This document shows positions 60,801 through 64,000 of a stretch of 64,000 bases of DNA, piece by piece. How positions within the stretch are numbered: the first letter of the stretch is position 1; every line of letters begins with the position of its first letter. The notes under the pieces were generated by a model. That model was given only the letters and a program-made list of their open reading frames with translations. It was not told the DNA's origin and did not search any database. The DNA lies in NCBI RefSeq assembly GCF_046119375.1, contig NW_027362768.1, positions 375,100,001-375,164,000 of the forward strand, written 5' to 3'. Both the position numbers and the translations under genes were made by a program. This DNA comes from Phyllobates terribilis. Its lineage: Eukaryota.

Positions 60801-61856
60801 GCACTCACTATTCTGCTGGTGCAGTCACTGTGTACATACATTACATTACTGATCCTGAGTTACATCCTGTATTATACCCCAGAGCTGCACTCACTATTCT
60901 GCTGGTGCAGTCACTGTGTACATACATTACAGTACTGATCCTGAGTTACATCCTGTATTATACCCCAGAGCTGCACTCACTATTCTGCTGGTGCAGTCAC
61001 TGTGTGCATACATTACATTACTGATCCTGTACTAATCCTGAGTTACCTCCTGTATTATACTCCAGAGCTGCACTCACTATTCTGCTGGTGCAGTCACTGT
61101 GTACATACATTACTGATCCGGAGTTACATCCTGTATTATCCTCCAGAGCTGCACTCACTATTCTGTACACAGTGAACGCAGCTCTGGAGAATAATACTGG
61201 ATGTAATCAGCTGGTCTTGTAGTTGTGATTTGTGGTTTTATTGTTTTGCCTTTGTTCTGTTCTCCCACTTACAGCAGCAGACGACAAACACGGTGGAGGA
61301 GCCTCTGGACCTGATCCGGCTGAGCTTAGACGAGCGCATTTATGTGAAGATGAGGAATGACCGAGAGCTCCGGGGACGGCTGCACGTACGTGTCTGCATC
61401 TCCGCCTCTGTATGTTATGTCATGGACCCCTCTGGTATTAATCCTCTCTCTGTTTCCATACAGGCCTATGATCAGCACTTAAACATGATACTGGGGGATG
61501 TAGAAGAAACCGTGACCACCATAGAGATCGATGAGGAAACCTACGAGGAGATCTACAAGGTATTCCCCACAATTTGCTCTGCTGAGTCTTGTTATTGTCG
61601 GATATCTTATTGTTTATGATGTGGAACATGAGGAGTTTCTTAGAGAGACGTCCTAAGTGTGTGGGTAAAGGAGATGAGTCCGCACCTTTCTCCATGGCTG
61701 CTGTATCTGGACGTATTTATTAATAATACTGTGGAATTCATAGAATGTTTTCCTCCTGTTTTTTTCTTTTTTCAGTCTACGAAGAGGAACATCCCCATGC
61801 TTTTTGTGAGAGGCGATGGCGTGGTGCTGGTTGCTCCTCCCTTGCGGGTCGGCTGA
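57893..61856 (+). CDS. LSM3: U6 snRNA-associated Sm-like protein LSm3, 102 aa, 4 exons
   Basis: join(57893-57913,61275-61385,61464-61559,61776-61856) = 309 nt. [56 protein letters not shown]...[20 protein letters not shown]. Confidence 0.98.
59037..60664 (+). mobile_element. Full-length (1628 bp) defective Tc1-family transposon, probable DD38E type
   Basis: TA duplication at 59035-36 and 60665-66, splitting the satellite sequence gtgtacaTA|cattacatt. TIRs of ~268 bp start cagtacagaccaaaagtttggacacacc. Confidence 0.95.
59451..60501 (+). pseudogene. Disrupted Tc1-family transposase
   Basis: ATG at 59451 ([16 protein letters not shown]), stops at 59502-04 and 59526-28, frameshift at ~60205. 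Motifs [44 protein letters not shown]. Confidence 0.92.
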
Positions 61857-62205
61857 TGACCCTGGGGTGCAGTGGGGTCCATAATACCAGACTTTCTCCC
61901 CCGCAGGATCCTGGCTTGTGTTGGCACGTTGGTTATGTCTCATTCTCTGGCCATTCGTAATATCACAATAGCATGATTCTAATCTCCGACCCAAAGTCTG
62001 GATCTTCTTTCCTTCCATATTATTATTTTATTTTTTTAAGATGTTCTTCACAGGGGCAGATGCCTGTTTTCTTTTATATTTTCACTTGGATTGTTCTTTT
62101 TGTGAAAGTGGAAAGACCCTTTTGTTTTAGATTGAATGCCAGTAACAGAAATCGGATACAGGTTTTACTGTGTTCAGAAAGCTTTGCTTTACTTTGGGAA
62201 TTGCC

Positions 62206-62211
62206 AATAAA
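62206..62211 (+). terminator. Candidate LSM3 polyadenylation signal
   Basis: AATAAA followed by GT-rich sequence (gatgttgtgattgtgtctttc), ~350 nt after the stop. Confidence 0.55.
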
Positions 62212-63587
62212 AATGACTGGTGCCGATGTTGTGATTGTGTCTTTCATTTTTTAGGGTCTTTTCTCTTATTATAACACACTTTGTAGCACAGGAAGCAGCA
62301 GAGATTGTCATCTGGGAAACTCTGCACTAGGTGGCAGTAAAATGTATGACAATGGAGCAGGTCCTAGCCGCTCGCAGTGTACTAGGTAAGGCAAGGTGCA
62401 GACCAGCCTTTTTTTTTTTTTTTTGGCATCTAAGAAAATCTGATCAGTTATACTAATCACACTGTAATCAGAGTATATAGTGTGATCTGAGTTTTTTTTG
62501 GATGTGGAGAATATAGAGAATTTTTTTTTTTTCTCCATTGTCAGTCTGGAAATCTGACTGTACTCGGATGCCATCTGAGTGCAGTCTGATGTTTTCCACG
62601 GACTTAGTGATTTGAATGGAATCTGAATATCTGATCAAACTCATGCATGCAGTGATTCTACATAGACTAACATTGGTCTGAGTGCGGTCCGATATTTTGT
62701 CAGATCGCACTCGGACCGATAATACGGTCGTCTGCATGAACCCTAGGGGTGCATTCACACGGATGTAGTTTTGGACCATGTCGGATCCATTGATTTCTTA
62801 GCAAACGTAGAATTGGGAGGATCTCGGTGACCACTTATAGGGACCTTTAACTGTGTCAAAAGCTCAGCTACTTTCAAATTTGGATAATCGTGTAGGGGGG
62901 TCTTTGTCTTCGCTGTTGAAGTTTTAACCAGATCACCCCAAAAAATGCCCTTCAGTTAATATTTCTCGCTGTGCCCAGCTGGTACAGACCTGGTGCCATC
63001 GCTGTATAGCTCCTCAGTTCTTGCTGCTTCTAATTAACCTGACTGGTTCTAGTGGAATGAAATCTCTCGGTAATCTCCCTCTGACCTGACCCAGTCTTAA
63101 GTGATTTCACAACATCTTGGCTGAGGGCTCTTTTCCTTTGTGCGGCATGTGTAAGTGAAACTTCACATCTCCCAACTGAAAGGATTATTGGTTGAAATCC
63201 ATCTCGGACAATTTAGTGGGTAATATCCCTTGGATGAGTTGTTTTGGGAGGGTCTCTTGTCGTTAAAGAAGACCTTTCATCACTTTTACATGACAAACTG
63301 GCTGCATCATGCTACAGTGGCTGAAGATTTTAATCAAACCTATTTATTTCTTATTTTCATTGCAGAGTTATTGGCTTGTGCATTTTATATGCTAATTTCC
63401 ACTATAACCCAGGGACTTTAGTAGAGCGTCTTCTCTAGAGGTGTTTACTTTTCTCCTGTATGAGATTGTCATGAGCTGGTGGTAAAATAGCACCCTCCGA
63501 AAAGCTTCAATCCAGCTCTCTCTGATATAGTAAGAATGATGTGTATAACCAGCTCACACAGATCTCACTACTGTGGTTACAAGGGCA

Positions 63588-63835
63588 GGGGGAGGAGAGC
63601 AGAGCTGTGTGTCACTACATACCTGCTCTGCATCTATCCTAGTGATGTATCTGGGAATAATGCAGCTCTCCTCTCACAGCATGGACATTGCGGGGGAGGA
63701 GAGCAGAGCTGTGTGTCACTACATACCTGCTCTGCATCTATCCTAATGATGTATCTGGGAATAATGCAGCTCTCCTCTCACAGCATGGACCTTGTGGGGG
63801 AGGAGAACAGAGCTATGTGTTACTACATACATCCT
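63588..63835. repeat. 104-bp tandem repeat (~2.3 units)
   Basis: agagct.tgtgt recurs at 63601, 63705 and 63809. Confidence 0.85.
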
Positions 63836-64000
63836 TCTGCATTTATCTCAGACACACAGCTCGGCTCTTCTCCCAGCACTTGTTATCACAGGTTGGGTGG
63901 GGGTCTAGGTTTTGGGACCCTTCATATTAGTATACCATCCCTGGAGGAGAGTGAAGCTTTATATGGTCTCATGAAAGTCCAATGTCTGTGCTCCTTTTTT

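Larger units (their letters stand above)
58033..61164 (-). repeat. 86-bp satellite array D (LSM3 intron 1), split by a Tc1 and containing an inverted block (~58740-58945)
   Basis: Reverse-orientation units at 58033-58739, 58946-59036 and 60667-61164; forward units at 58740-58945. Confidence 0.93.

Overview
Vertebrate genomic DNA, most likely a frog (inferred from the satellite, MITE and Tc1 landscape; species not determinable here). Five intact spliced protein-coding genes were reconstructed by hand, with GT-AG junctions and phase-consistent frames. They are a complete 10-exon netrin-4-like gene (+, 7425-31447, 633 aa), CHCHD4/MIA40 (-, 137 aa), TMEM43 (+, 398 aa), XPC (-, 927 aa) and LSM3 (+, 102 aa). 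CHCHD4<>TMEM43 and XPC<>LSM3 are head-to-head pairs, in the order I recall for human 3p25.1. The introns are packed with minisatellites (28-, 57-, 86-, ~35-, ~40- and 104-bp units), PIF/Harbinger-type MITEs (TWA target duplications, some abutting in trains), tRNA-derived SINE fragments and three defective Tc1 copies. Most long ORFs in the supplied track are repeat artefacts. The most notable observations are: (1) the netrin looks like a second NTN4 ohnolog absent from the matching human locus, with an altered laminin-binding LE1 loop; (2) two 57-bp arrays carry a CTCF-like motif in every unit, in divergent orientation; (3) a probable DD38E (Intruder-type) Tc1 with ~268-bp TIRs sits inside a satellite array; (4) the 86-bp satellite appears related to a MITE terminus and contains a fold-back inversion. 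No prokaryotic-type system, CRISPR array or RNA gene is supported.
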